Below, one piece after another: positions 7,900 through 15,937 of a DNA stretch of 28,461 nt (position 1 is its first letter; each line of letters starts with the position of its first letter). Below the pieces are notes generated by a model. It did no database searches. It was given only the letters and a program-made list of their open reading frames with translations, and was not told the origin of the DNA. Origin of the DNA: Limisphaerales bacterium (GTDB taxonomy: Bacteria > Verrucomicrobiota > Verrucomicrobiia > Limisphaerales > UBA8199); assembly GCA_025356925.1 (NCBI GenBank), contig JANXQE010000186.1, positions 1 to 28,461 of the forward strand, in the 5' to 3' direction. A program made the position numbers and the translations under genes.

Positions 7900-9672
7900 C
7901 TATTCCACGAACTCCAGCACGCCAAACCGTTCCGGAGTATGAAAGGTTCCGGTGAGCGTGGGACAAAGCGCCAGAAAAGCTTTGTTGGCTCGATCGCAGC
8001 GATACAGATTTAAACGCCACTGCGTCCCCGCTATAGGCTGAGCCTTGCCCAGTGACTCAAGCGGCACGCGCATTTCGCAAGTCCAGACTCGCCGCTTCTT
8101 GTTCACTTTCACCATCGATTGGAATCTGCTGTTCCAAGCGAAATCTTTCTCCGGCAAGTTAGTGATCATCAGGTCCAGCCGCTCATTAGTCGGCGCGACC
8201 TCGAACTCGGCATACCGCCGAGGGTTCTCTGCGTCACTCCCGATGAAAGCTTCCACGACATCCCGGTCCCAGAGGCTTACGCCCTCTTTTGCGGAGCCGA
8301 AACGCTTGCCACTGGACTGCGGCGGTTCGAACAACGTTAACTCAGTGAAGGGGCACTCGTAGCTGAGGTACAGGTATTGCCCGGACCAGAGTGCCCGGAC
8401 AGAGGTCGCCATTTCCGGACGCACGGTTCCATCCGCGGACGTCTGCTCCAGCATCGCCGGCCGCGCGGTTTGCCAGACAAGGCTGCCCAGGCAGCCGTCG
8501 AGCTCGAAATCCTGGCTGACCCGGCGGGCTTGCAGGACGGGCCGGGGCAGCGAACGAGCCAGGAGTTTTCGGGCGTTGTCGAAGTACACTTTGCGCAACA
8601 CTGAATCGGGCAAGCCGATCGAGCTGATCGGCCAGTCGCCCTGGATTGGTGTCATGTGCGGCCAGTTGCGGTCATGCGTTTCCAGCCAGCGCCATTCCTT
8701 GGAAAAGAAAACCTCCGCGTCGGCGTCGCTGGGCGGCGGCTCGTTACCGCTGGATCCCAGGATAAGCCGGTCGAGAACCTGAAAATCCGTCGCGAACAAA
8801 ATTCGATCCTGATGCTTGAGGAAAAGTCGCCGAACCTTTTCGGGATCATGCCGGCCGATTTCGGGGATTCGCGCTGCCAGATCCGCCAGCATGTTGGGGT
8901 ATCGGCTGAGGGACTGGTCGACCCAATCGAGTTCCTCGGCGTTGTTGGCAAAGTGGACACAGACGAATGTCGTTTTGGGATGACGTGCGATTACTCGGTT
9001 CAGTGCCGCCAGCAGGTCTTTCCAAGGCGGGAACTGCGCCGGATCACCAAACCACCAGCTCCGGTGGTCCTTCAATTCCTTCCACCGCTCATTCTTCTCG
9101 TCGTAGGGCAGCCAGAACGCTTTCGGATCGGCGACGTGAATGGACACGGGCAGGTTCAGTTCTCCGCATCGCTCCCAGACGGGATCAAGTTTCGGGTCAT
9201 CGATCTTGAGCAATTGCCCCTTGCCATCGTGGAGATACAGGCCCAGGCGTTTCCATTCCTTGAAACCGGCCGCGCCCAGTCGATAGCCTTCTTCGATTTG
9301 TTTCACCGCGCGAGCGGAAAAATCAGGCTGATCCCACTCGGCATAATCCAGGTTCACATACTGGAGGAACCGGCCGGGGAACAAGGTGTCGGCAAGTCTC
9401 CTGGTCTGCTCGAACTCGGAAGGTGCCCCGTTTGGGCCCGGTGTGACTGTGCCCGCAGTAAGGTTCACTCCAATCCCGACGCCGGCGGCATCCATGATTT
9501 TAACAGCGCGCGCGAGCCGTTGGGTTGTGCCGTCGATGTGCTGGTGGAGATCAATGATGAGATGCTGCGAGCGCCAGAGGTCGGCCGCGCTTGCCGTTAT
9601 TGCTTCCGCAGCAACTCCGATTCTCGAACCTGCGCAACTGAGCAAGAGCGCGATGAAGATGACTTGTCGCAT
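7900..9672 (-). CDS. Exported amidohydrolase (TIM-barrel, Amidohydro_2-like) fused to a C-terminal CBM9-like sugar-binding domain
   Basis: Signal peptide MRQVIFIALLLSCAGSRIGVA. Metal-binding motifs DLHQH, HVADP, VCVHF and LFATD. C-terminal W-x-x-D-x-VE-x-FI...Y-x-EFEVAP-x-N...W-x-x-EMRVP...WRLNLYR is CBM9-like. Confidence 0.85.
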   Translation of the reverse strand: MRQVIFIALLLSCAGSRIGVAAEAITASAADLWRSQHLIIDLHQHIDGTTQRLARAVKIMDAAGVGIGVNLTAGTVTPGPNGAPSEFEQTRRLADTLFPGRFLQYVNLDYAEWDQPDFSARAVKQIEEGYRLGAAGFKEWKRLGLYLHDGKGQLLKIDDPKLDPVWERCGELNLPVSIHVADPKAFWLPYDEKNERWKELKDHRSWWFGDPAQFPPWKDLLAALNRVIARHPKTTFVCVHFANNAEELDWVDQSLSRYPNMLADLAARIPEIGRHDPEKVRRLFLKHQDRILFATDFQVLDRLILGSSGNEPPPSDADAEVFFSKEWRWLETHDRNWPHMTPIQGDWPISSIGLPDSVLRKVYFDNARKLLARSLPRPVLQARRVSQDFELDGCLGSLVWQTARPAMLEQTSADGTVRPEMATSVRALWSGQYLYLSYECPFTELTLFEPPQSSGKRFGSAKEGVSLWDRDVVEAFIGSDAENPRRYAEFEVAPTNERLDLMITNLPEKDFAWNSRFQSMVKVNKKRRVWTCEMRVPLESLGKAQPIAGTQWRLNLYRCDRANKAFLALCPTLTGTFHTPERFGVLEFVE

Positions 9673-9757
9673 AGTACCTGGGCTTGCAGGGCTACGCTAG
9701 TAAGCGAGCCGGGCGTGAGCAATACAAACCTTTGCAACGCAGGGCAACGCCGCCACA

Positions 9758-9950
9758 AAATCCGAAACCCGAAGGCCGAAGCCCATGAGGCAATTGCAGA
9801 ACTAGCCGCGAAAGAACACAAAAAGCCCAAAGCCCAAGGAATTGGGCTGTTTCCTTGTGTTCTCTGCGCTCTTTCGTGGCAATTCCAAGGTTTTGCAATC
9901 GGCTCCCGAAACCCGAATGACGGCTACCGCCCGATTCGGATTTCGGCCTT
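9758..9950. repeat. Nested composite of miniature palindromic elements in the 9673-9953 intergenic region
   Basis: Outer CCGAAA-type motifs at 9758-9780 and 9905-9917, with the complement TTCGGATTTCGGCCTT at 9935-9950. Inner inverted arms at 9805-9832 and 9854-9880. Central perfect hairpin AGCCCAA-GGAA-TTGGGCT at 9831-9848. Confidence 0.7.
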
Positions 9951-9953
9951 AGA

Positions 9954-11336
9954 TCAGGCGTCCCAGCCGGAACGATTATGACGACGTACCAGCCGTTCGG
10001 CCTTGGCCAAATTCGTGGAGCGCATATTCGGGCCGTCCCAATCCATCCGCACGCCTTCACCCATGCGCTCGGCGATGCAGCCCAGCAGGATAATTTCGGT
10101 CAGGTAAGCCGCGATATCGAAATTTGAAAAGGCGGGTGTGCCTTTTTTCATCATCCGGAACCATTCCTGCATGTGGCCCGGCGAGCGTGGGATCGACTGC
10201 GGCACGGCCTTGCATGCCTCATGACTTTCGCCCGGTTTGAATTCATCCTGGCCTTTCATCGCGACAAAAAACCGAGCGCCATAATCATCCGGAGAAAAGA
10301 GCTTTCCTTTCTCGCCAATGATCAAGGCTCCGCTTTCGGGCAGATTGCCCATCGTGGCGACGATTTCTTTCGTGGACTCCGCTCCTGGCCGCAGCGGCTT
10401 AAGCGCGTCCTCAGGATTCCCATCGTACCACCAGAACTTGAGCGGCGGCAGGCCCTCGCGCTCCGGAAACTCGAAACGGATCCGGGCAGTTTTCGCATAG
10501 GTTTCCGGATAGGAACGGGACGCCAGTTCGCACTCAACGACGTTGGGGTATCCAAGCTTGAGGGCACGGAACGGCATATTGACGGTGTGACAGGCCATAT
10601 CGCCCATCGCTCCGGTTCCAAAATCATGCCAACCCCGCCATTTGAATGTGTGGTATGTATCCTTTTTGTAGGGCCTCTTGGGTGCCGGGCCCAGCCAGCA
10701 ATCCCAGTTCAAGGTTGCCGGCACGGGATCCTGGCCTGGTGGCCGATCCAGACCCTGCGGCCAAATCGGTCGATTGGTCCACACGTGCAACTCCAACGGG
10801 TTGCCGATGACGCCTGCCTGAATGACTTCAACAGCCCGTCGAAGACCGTTCTCCGCGCTGCCCTGGTTGCCCATCTGGGTGGCCAGTTTGTTTTCCTTGG
10901 CCAGTCGCCGCAAGGTCCGAGCTTCGTAGACGGTTTGGGTTAACGGCTTTTGGCAGAAGCAATGTTTGCCCAGCTTCATCGCCCGAGTGGCCGCTTGCCC
11001 GTGATTATGATCGGGCGTCGAAACCGTCACGGCATCGATCTCCTTGCCGATTTGGTCGAAGAGCTTCCGATAATCCTGAAAGCGCTTGGCTTGCGGGAAC
11101 TGCTGGCCCTTCTTATCGAGCGTGGTCAGGTCCACATCGCAGAGTGCCACGATGTTGGCGCCGCAGCTCGCCGCGTCATTGCTGTCGCTATCGCCTTTGC
11201 CCCCTGCGCCGATGCACGCCACATTGATGCGCTCATTTGCCCCAAGAACCCGGCCCACGAAAGGAAAACTAAATGCCGCGGCCCCGGTGGCCGCTGAGGT
11301 GCGTTTGATGAAATCGCGTCGGGATAGTGTGTTCAT
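9954..11336 (-). CDS. Tat-exported Gfo/Idh/MocA family oxidoreductase
   Basis: Twin-arginine signal MNTLSRRDFIK, plus CIGAGGKG, VSTPDHNH, CQKPLT, WDCWLGPAP and GDMACH. Confidence 0.93.
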   Translation of the reverse strand: MNTLSRRDFIKRTSAATGAAAFSFPFVGRVLGANERINVACIGAGGKGDSDSNDAASCGANIVALCDVDLTTLDKKGQQFPQAKRFQDYRKLFDQIGKEIDAVTVSTPDHNHGQAATRAMKLGKHCFCQKPLTQTVYEARTLRRLAKENKLATQMGNQGSAENGLRRAVEVIQAGVIGNPLELHVWTNRPIWPQGLDRPPGQDPVPATLNWDCWLGPAPKRPYKKDTYHTFKWRGWHDFGTGAMGDMACHTVNMPFRALKLGYPNVVECELASRSYPETYAKTARIRFEFPEREGLPPLKFWWYDGNPEDALKPLRPGAESTKEIVATMGNLPESGALIIGEKGKLFSPDDYGARFFVAMKGQDEFKPGESHEACKAVPQSIPRSPGHMQEWFRMMKKGTPAFSNFDIAAYLTEIILLGCIAERMGEGVRMDWDGPNMRSTNLAKAERLVRRHNRSGWDA

Positions 11337-11499
11337 GTTTGAGTTTAACTCTTATTCTGACGAACCGGGCTGGCATGTTGTTCACTTCGCCGCTCGGAAA
11401 AGGAGCGCGGCTAATATTGAAACGCACTAAGGCTGGTGCGTCAAGCATCCTTCAAGGAAAACAAATGCCAGTGGTTGGTTGGATGAATGCGCGCGAGCG

Positions 11500-11551
11500 C
11501 CGCCTGAGGGCACGCGGGCTCTAACTCCCGTAGGCCGCGTGCCCGCACGCC
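11500..11551. repeat. Inverted pair of REP-like elements (GTAG-type) forming a hairpin
   Basis: GGGCACGCGG (11508-11517) is the exact reverse complement of CCGCGTGCCC (11535-11544), and the match extends to 14/16. The right copy starts with GTAG at 11530. Confidence 0.6.
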
Positions 11552-11589
11552 TCGGCTAAGGTATTGGTTATCTCTGCAGCCAGGGATTA

Positions 11590-13440
11590 TTAGTAATCCA
11601 CAATGTACAGTTCGACTTTCAGATCGACCGCTCGCGTTTCAAGCGAGGCGCAGTGAATGACCAGCGGCTCTCCGAATTTTAGATCCTGGTTTTCGATCTC
11701 GGCGACGGCCCAGGAAAGTCCGCTCCAGATCGCCTTATCGTAATTGAGGTGAACCGGAATCGGACGTCCTTCCTGTTCCGCCCGGATCACCAATATTTGG
11801 TTGAGCGGCGTGCCGATTGGAGGAGCGCCTCGGGAACTTCGCACAGGTTTGTCGTCAGCGGCCTGTCGCAACACGATCCGAAGATCGGAGCTGCGTGGCG
11901 CCACTATTGTGCTGGCGACAGCGTTCGTGCCGCCATGGTGGAATTCGGCGGCGAGCGGACGGATGCTCTTTGGGATGACGACGTCGTCCTGGAGGCCAAG
12001 ATCGTAATGGGCTTTGGCGTATTCCCCATAACCCACTACCACTAATTGTTCCGGCCCAAGCTTGAGTTCGTTCTGATGCGGAAGGCCTTCGCCTGGCCGC
12101 GCCAAATGAGGTATGAACCCGGCGTCGCGGAATTGAATGCGGCCCGGTTGAAGTGCCGGCTGCAGCCGATGAACTCGAGGTAAAGTCACCACACGTGGTG
12201 CCTGGGTGGGGTTAACCACGGTGTAAAGCGACCCGTTCGCCGTCACCGAGCAGAATCCATAAGGTTCCTCACGGCCAGGCAAACCGCCAAACGGATAAGT
12301 CCGGCCGAACGATTGGAGGGACAAGAAGAGCCGCTGGACCTTGGCGAACCACTTGGCCTTGGTATCGTCGATGAGCTCGAGGTTGCCGTAATAGACATTC
12401 ATCCAACCTCCACGCGCATGCTCGAGCAGCAGCATGCTTTTCCACGCGGCGGTGCGCCGGGCATAACACGTGCCCGCGACGCCGAACATGCAGCCGGTGT
12501 TATCGATCCGCTCGAGCGGGACTCCGTTCGCTTCGTAATACCGCACCATGTGGTCCGTGTAGAAGTCCATCGAGCGCCAGAAGTTCATCGCCGGAACGTC
12601 CGACAGCCGCGGGTCGCCACAATAGAGAGAATCGAACGCTTCGAGCCAGCGCAGGTTCACAGTCTGGCGAATCGGGGTTGCTGTTCCTTCGGTGTCACCG
12701 CCGAATCCGTTAAACGCGGCCAGCAGCACCTCCGGGTTTTTCTTTTTGAATTCAGAAAGCGCCTGACGGAACGCATCGCAGTTTCGACGGAAAACCTCCT
12801 CCTTCGTATAGCGCCGCGCCGCGTCGGGCGTGGCGATCGTAAAGTTGGCGAAATCAAACTTGAACAGGCGAACGCCGCGATCGTACCAGAACTGCATCGT
12901 GTCAATAAACTGGGGTAGAAAACCGCCGTCGAAAAAACACATCGCCGAGCCCGTCACATCCATCGACGATTGCCATTCGGGGAGAACATTCAGTCGGAAC
13001 GGAACGTTGCAGGCAACCCACAAGCCCGGCTTGATTTGGTTGTCGCGGCACGCCTTGAGCCATCGATCCGGCCCGTTCGGCCAATTCGGTTGCCGGAACT
13101 CACGATAGCCGCCGTTGGTCGCGTACCAAAAGGCATCCATCAGATAATAATCGATCCGGATCCCGGCACGCCGGAGCCGGACTATTTGATCCAGCTCTTT
13201 CATCGCCAGTGCCTCAGTTAGCTCGATATTGTCCGAGAGTTCGTCATACGCCGACCAGTTGTTATAAACCGCTACGGGCTGGTTCAGGGCCACCGTACCG
13301 CGGACCGGGACCGAATCCGAATCAGCGTCCTGTCCCGGAGCGGCCGAGCACAAGAACCGGGCTCCGGTCAGCGAGAGGCAAAGGATCGCGAGTGTAAGGG
13401 AACCGGTGGGACCAAGACACCGGGAGGTAGCGGCTGGCAT
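11590..13440 (-). CDS. Exported TIM-barrel protein resembling clan GH-D glycoside hydrolases (GH27/GH36-like), family unassigned
   Basis: Signal-like N-terminus. The motifs YNNWSAY, YYLMDAFWY, NWPNG, KPGLW and LFKFDF occur in the order seen in GH27/36 barrels. The start could be 13455 or 13440. Confidence 0.7.
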   Translation of the reverse strand: MPAATSRCLGPTGSLTLAILCLSLTGARFLCSAAPGQDADSDSVPVRGTVALNQPVAVYNNWSAYDELSDNIELTEALAMKELDQIVRLRRAGIRIDYYLMDAFWYATNGGYREFRQPNWPNGPDRWLKACRDNQIKPGLWVACNVPFRLNVLPEWQSSMDVTGSAMCFFDGGFLPQFIDTMQFWYDRGVRLFKFDFANFTIATPDAARRYTKEEVFRRNCDAFRQALSEFKKKNPEVLLAAFNGFGGDTEGTATPIRQTVNLRWLEAFDSLYCGDPRLSDVPAMNFWRSMDFYTDHMVRYYEANGVPLERIDNTGCMFGVAGTCYARRTAAWKSMLLLEHARGGWMNVYYGNLELIDDTKAKWFAKVQRLFLSLQSFGRTYPFGGLPGREEPYGFCSVTANGSLYTVVNPTQAPRVVTLPRVHRLQPALQPGRIQFRDAGFIPHLARPGEGLPHQNELKLGPEQLVVVGYGEYAKAHYDLGLQDDVVIPKSIRPLAAEFHHGGTNAVASTIVAPRSSDLRIVLRQAADDKPVRSSRGAPPIGTPLNQILVIRAEQEGRPIPVHLNYDKAIWSGLSWAVAEIENQDLKFGEPLVIHCASLETRAVDLKVELYIVDY

Positions 13441-13686
13441 AGGTCCGAGCAGCATATTTCAAGCAACTCGTCCGAGGACAGAAGATTCAACGCGTAGGCA
13501 ATTTCAATGCCTGGGGACTTGGAGAATGGATTCTTCTCATCCCCGGGGTCGGGTTTTGGGTGGGTGGCGACATTATGTAGGTAGCAACGAGTCAGTTTAG
13601 CGCCGGCTTTGGTGCCTGAAGTGGAACGCCCGCCTTGAAGGTGGGATTTGGCCGGTCTGACTGGGCAAAAACGCTTGCAAATTTCC

Positions 13687-13709
13687 GGGGGAGAGGGCCG
13701 AGGTGACGG
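13687..13709. repeat. Degenerate half-copy of the widespread CCCTCACCCCxxCCCTCTCCC-type palindromic repeat
   Basis: Plus strand reads GGGGGAGAGGGCCGAGGTGACGG; no partner arm is evident nearby. Confidence 0.35.
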
Positions 13710-13847
13710 CGGGCTTACATCCAAACTGATCCCGCGCGATCTCAGGGATCGCCGGATAGCTGCACTCATGGCGAGGAACGGATGGTGCTGCCCAATTATC
13801 CTGGCCAATCCCGTCTTATGCTCCGAGAACAGCGTAAAATGAGACGT

Positions 13848-14753
13848 TTAACTGCGACCGTCGGCGTGTTCAGCGGTGCAGCACGGTGTCGCACCCGTCC
13901 CGCTGATGCCACTCGGTTTTCGGGCCTTGATCTCGAGGCTAGTGATGTAGTCACCGGGTTTTGTGCCGGGCGGGAGCTGAACGATAATTTTTTGATAGAG
14001 CGGATCCTTCCAGTCCACGATGCCATCCACATAGGCGGATTTCGGATTCAAAACGAGGTCGGTCAATCCGACCTCCCGGGCCATGCGCTCCGTTCCCGAA
14101 ACCAGGACAGCACCCGCCACACAGCCGATCAGGGCTTCCACCATTTCCATAATGGGCGGCGGCAGAGGTTTCAACAACGCCAGGTCGGAGACCGCGACCC
14201 GGCCGGCAGGTTTGAGCACGCGCGCAATTTCCCGCCAAACCTGCGCCTTATCGGGCGACAGGTTGATCACGCAATTCGAAATCACGACGTCGACGCTGTG
14301 GTCAGCCAGGGGCAGATGCTCGATTTCTCCCAGGCGGAACTCCACATTATCCAGCCCGGAGCGTTCCCGGTAGGCGGCGATGTTCTTGCGCGCCTTGGCC
14401 AGCATTTCCGGTGTCATGTCCACCCCGATCGCTCGCCCCGTGGCGCCGACGTTCCGCGTGGCGATAAACACATCGAAGCCCCCGCCGCTGCCGAGGTCCA
14501 AGACGAGCTCGCCGGGCTTTAACGAAGCCAGAGCGTTGGGATTGCCGCACGACAAGCCCATGTTGGACCCCTCCGGCAGCGCCGCGAGTTCCTCGGCGCA
14601 GTAGCCGACATAGCGGGCCAGTTGCTCGGAGTCCGCCGGATTTGAACCGCAGCAGCTCACGCCGGAACAGCAGGTCCCGTCCCGTTCAGCTATCTGCCCA
14701 TAGCCTTCCCGTACCGCTTGCCGCACACTTTCCGAATCATTGCCCGTTTTCAT
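13848..14753 (-). CDS. arsM: Arsenite S-adenosylmethionine methyltransferase
   Basis: SAM motif VLDLGSGGGFD. Catalytic-type Cys motifs GLSCGNP, SNCVINLSPDK and IGCVAGA, N-terminal CC pairs, and the typical V-R-x-x-Y-G-x-I-A start. Confidence 0.92.
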   Translation of the reverse strand: MKTGNDSESVRQAVREGYGQIAERDGTCCSGVSCCGSNPADSEQLARYVGYCAEELAALPEGSNMGLSCGNPNALASLKPGELVLDLGSGGGFDVFIATRNVGATGRAIGVDMTPEMLAKARKNIAAYRERSGLDNVEFRLGEIEHLPLADHSVDVVISNCVINLSPDKAQVWREIARVLKPAGRVAVSDLALLKPLPPPIMEMVEALIGCVAGAVLVSGTERMAREVGLTDLVLNPKSAYVDGIVDWKDPLYQKIIVQLPPGTKPGDYITSLEIKARKPSGISGTGATPCCTAEHADGRS

Positions 14754-14780
14754 GGTTTACCTGGCGCAAGGCTACATCGT

Positions 14781-14832
14781 ATATTTCGTCTAATAACGCA
14801 TTATGGCTAACCCACGCTGCTTCTATTGTCAA
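14781..14832 (-). promoter_or_regulatory. Candidate arsM promoter/operator: imperfect 9-6-9 inverted repeat (14781-14804), with TTGACA at 14832-14827 and CATAAT at 14805-14800 on the minus strand
   Basis: ATATTTCGT-CTAATA-ACGCATTAT is an imperfect dyad 28-51 nt upstream of the ATG. The hexamer spacer is 21 nt, which is non-canonical. Confidence 0.4.
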
Positions 14833-15201
14833 GCGCGCGCCCAAACCCGAAGGACCGAAGCTACTGGCTGAACGGCGCATCAGGCTACCGATGGGCGCCG
14901 GGCACCTGGCGCTGATGTTTAGAAAGTGGCAACCCAAGAGAGTTTGACCGTGGATGACTCGGATATTTACATGGCGCTGAACGAGCGAAGGCCTTAGCAT
15001 TCCAGAGTTCCAGATGACTTTCGAGGAACCACCAATCTTTCCACGCAAGCTGGCGCGGCGCGCTCGGAGGCTCCTGCCCTGGGGGCCGGGCTGGCGGGGT
15101 CCTACACCGGGGACCAAGTCTTGTGGTTTGCGAAGCCGTCCTCGATATTGCCATCTGAAACAGCCCTCCGAATTCTGACTCGGGCCTCGACCAAAAACAT
15201 T

Positions 15202-15753
15202 ATGAAACCCGTAACCTGTTCCACGAGCTCGGTCCGCAACCTTGCGGTCTGCGGATTTTTTCTCTGTCAACTGAGCCTCGCCTGCTTCCCGGCCACCTCG
15301 ATCGCCGCTGATGCAGCCGGCGTTGTGGAACGAACCAAGGAGACGGTGAAGGGCGCGGCCAAGGACGCCGAGGCATCCGTACAGAGCGCCAGTCGTGCCA
15401 TGGGAAAGGGTTTTGAAAATCTTTGGCGGCGGTTTGACGAAGGCCGGTTAACGCACCGCACTCGCGACGAGATCGTGGCGTGGGTGATCATGGGTGTGTT
15501 GGTAGGGGCGTTGGCTGGGCTCATGACCTCGCTCAATACCAGCTGGTTCGGAAAACTGGGGCGTCTGGCGCTCGGTCTGGCCGGGGCATTTATCGGCGGG
15601 ATAATCGTGCATGTCGGCCGCATCGATTTCGGCATGGGGCCGGTCTTGATTCGTTATGAGGAGCTGCTCTTTTCGCTGGTTGGCGGCGTCGTGTTGGTCA
15701 TCGTCGCGCGCTTGTGTCGCTCGCGTGCGACAAAGAAGTCGTCCGCGAAATGA
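15202..15753 (+). CDS. GlsB/YeaQ/YmgE (transglycosylase-associated) family membrane protein with an N-terminal extension
   Basis: The C-terminal three hydrophobic Gly-rich helices IVAWVIMGVLVGALAG...LALGLAGAFIGG...LLFSLVGGVVLVIV match the family pattern. The ATG at 15202 is preferred over the TTG at 15121. Confidence 0.75.
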   Translation: MKPVTCSTSSVRNLAVCGFFLCQLSLACFPATSIAADAAGVVERTKETVKGAAKDAEASVQSASRAMGKGFENLWRRFDEGRLTHRTRDEIVAWVIMGVLVGALAGLMTSLNTSWFGKLGRLALGLAGAFIGGIIVHVGRIDFGMGPVLIRYEELLFSLVGGVVLVIVARLCRSRATKKSSAK

Positions 15754-15937
15754 AATCCCATTCGTTCATCTCGCTGCCAGGTTCTTGGACTTTCCGCCTG
15801 CGTCAAAATACAGTAGCGACAAAAAGTCAAGGCGGTGTCAGTCCCGCACATTCGCATAATCTTCTCCCCAGCCGTCGCCGGAGCAACGCAAAGGAATGTG
15901 CGAAAGTGCGCAACTTACCCCGTTACGTTATGCCTAT

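Noticed and set aside
8656-9981. 441-aa plus-strand ORF
   Set aside because: It is antisense and in codon register with the well-supported amidohydrolase, has no recognisable motifs, and is a typical high-GC shadow ORF.
13623-13646. CCCGCCTTGAAGGTGGG palindrome reminiscent of IS200/IS605 end hairpins
   Set aside because: Short and imperfect, with no tnpA/tnpB or partner end in the window.
13782-14522. 246-aa plus-strand ORF
   Set aside because: Antisense shadow of arsM.
14737-15270. 177-aa minus-strand ORF upstream of arsM, checked as a possible arsR
   Set aside because: No winged-helix or ArsR Cys motif, low-complexity basic composition, and it overlaps both neighbouring genes.
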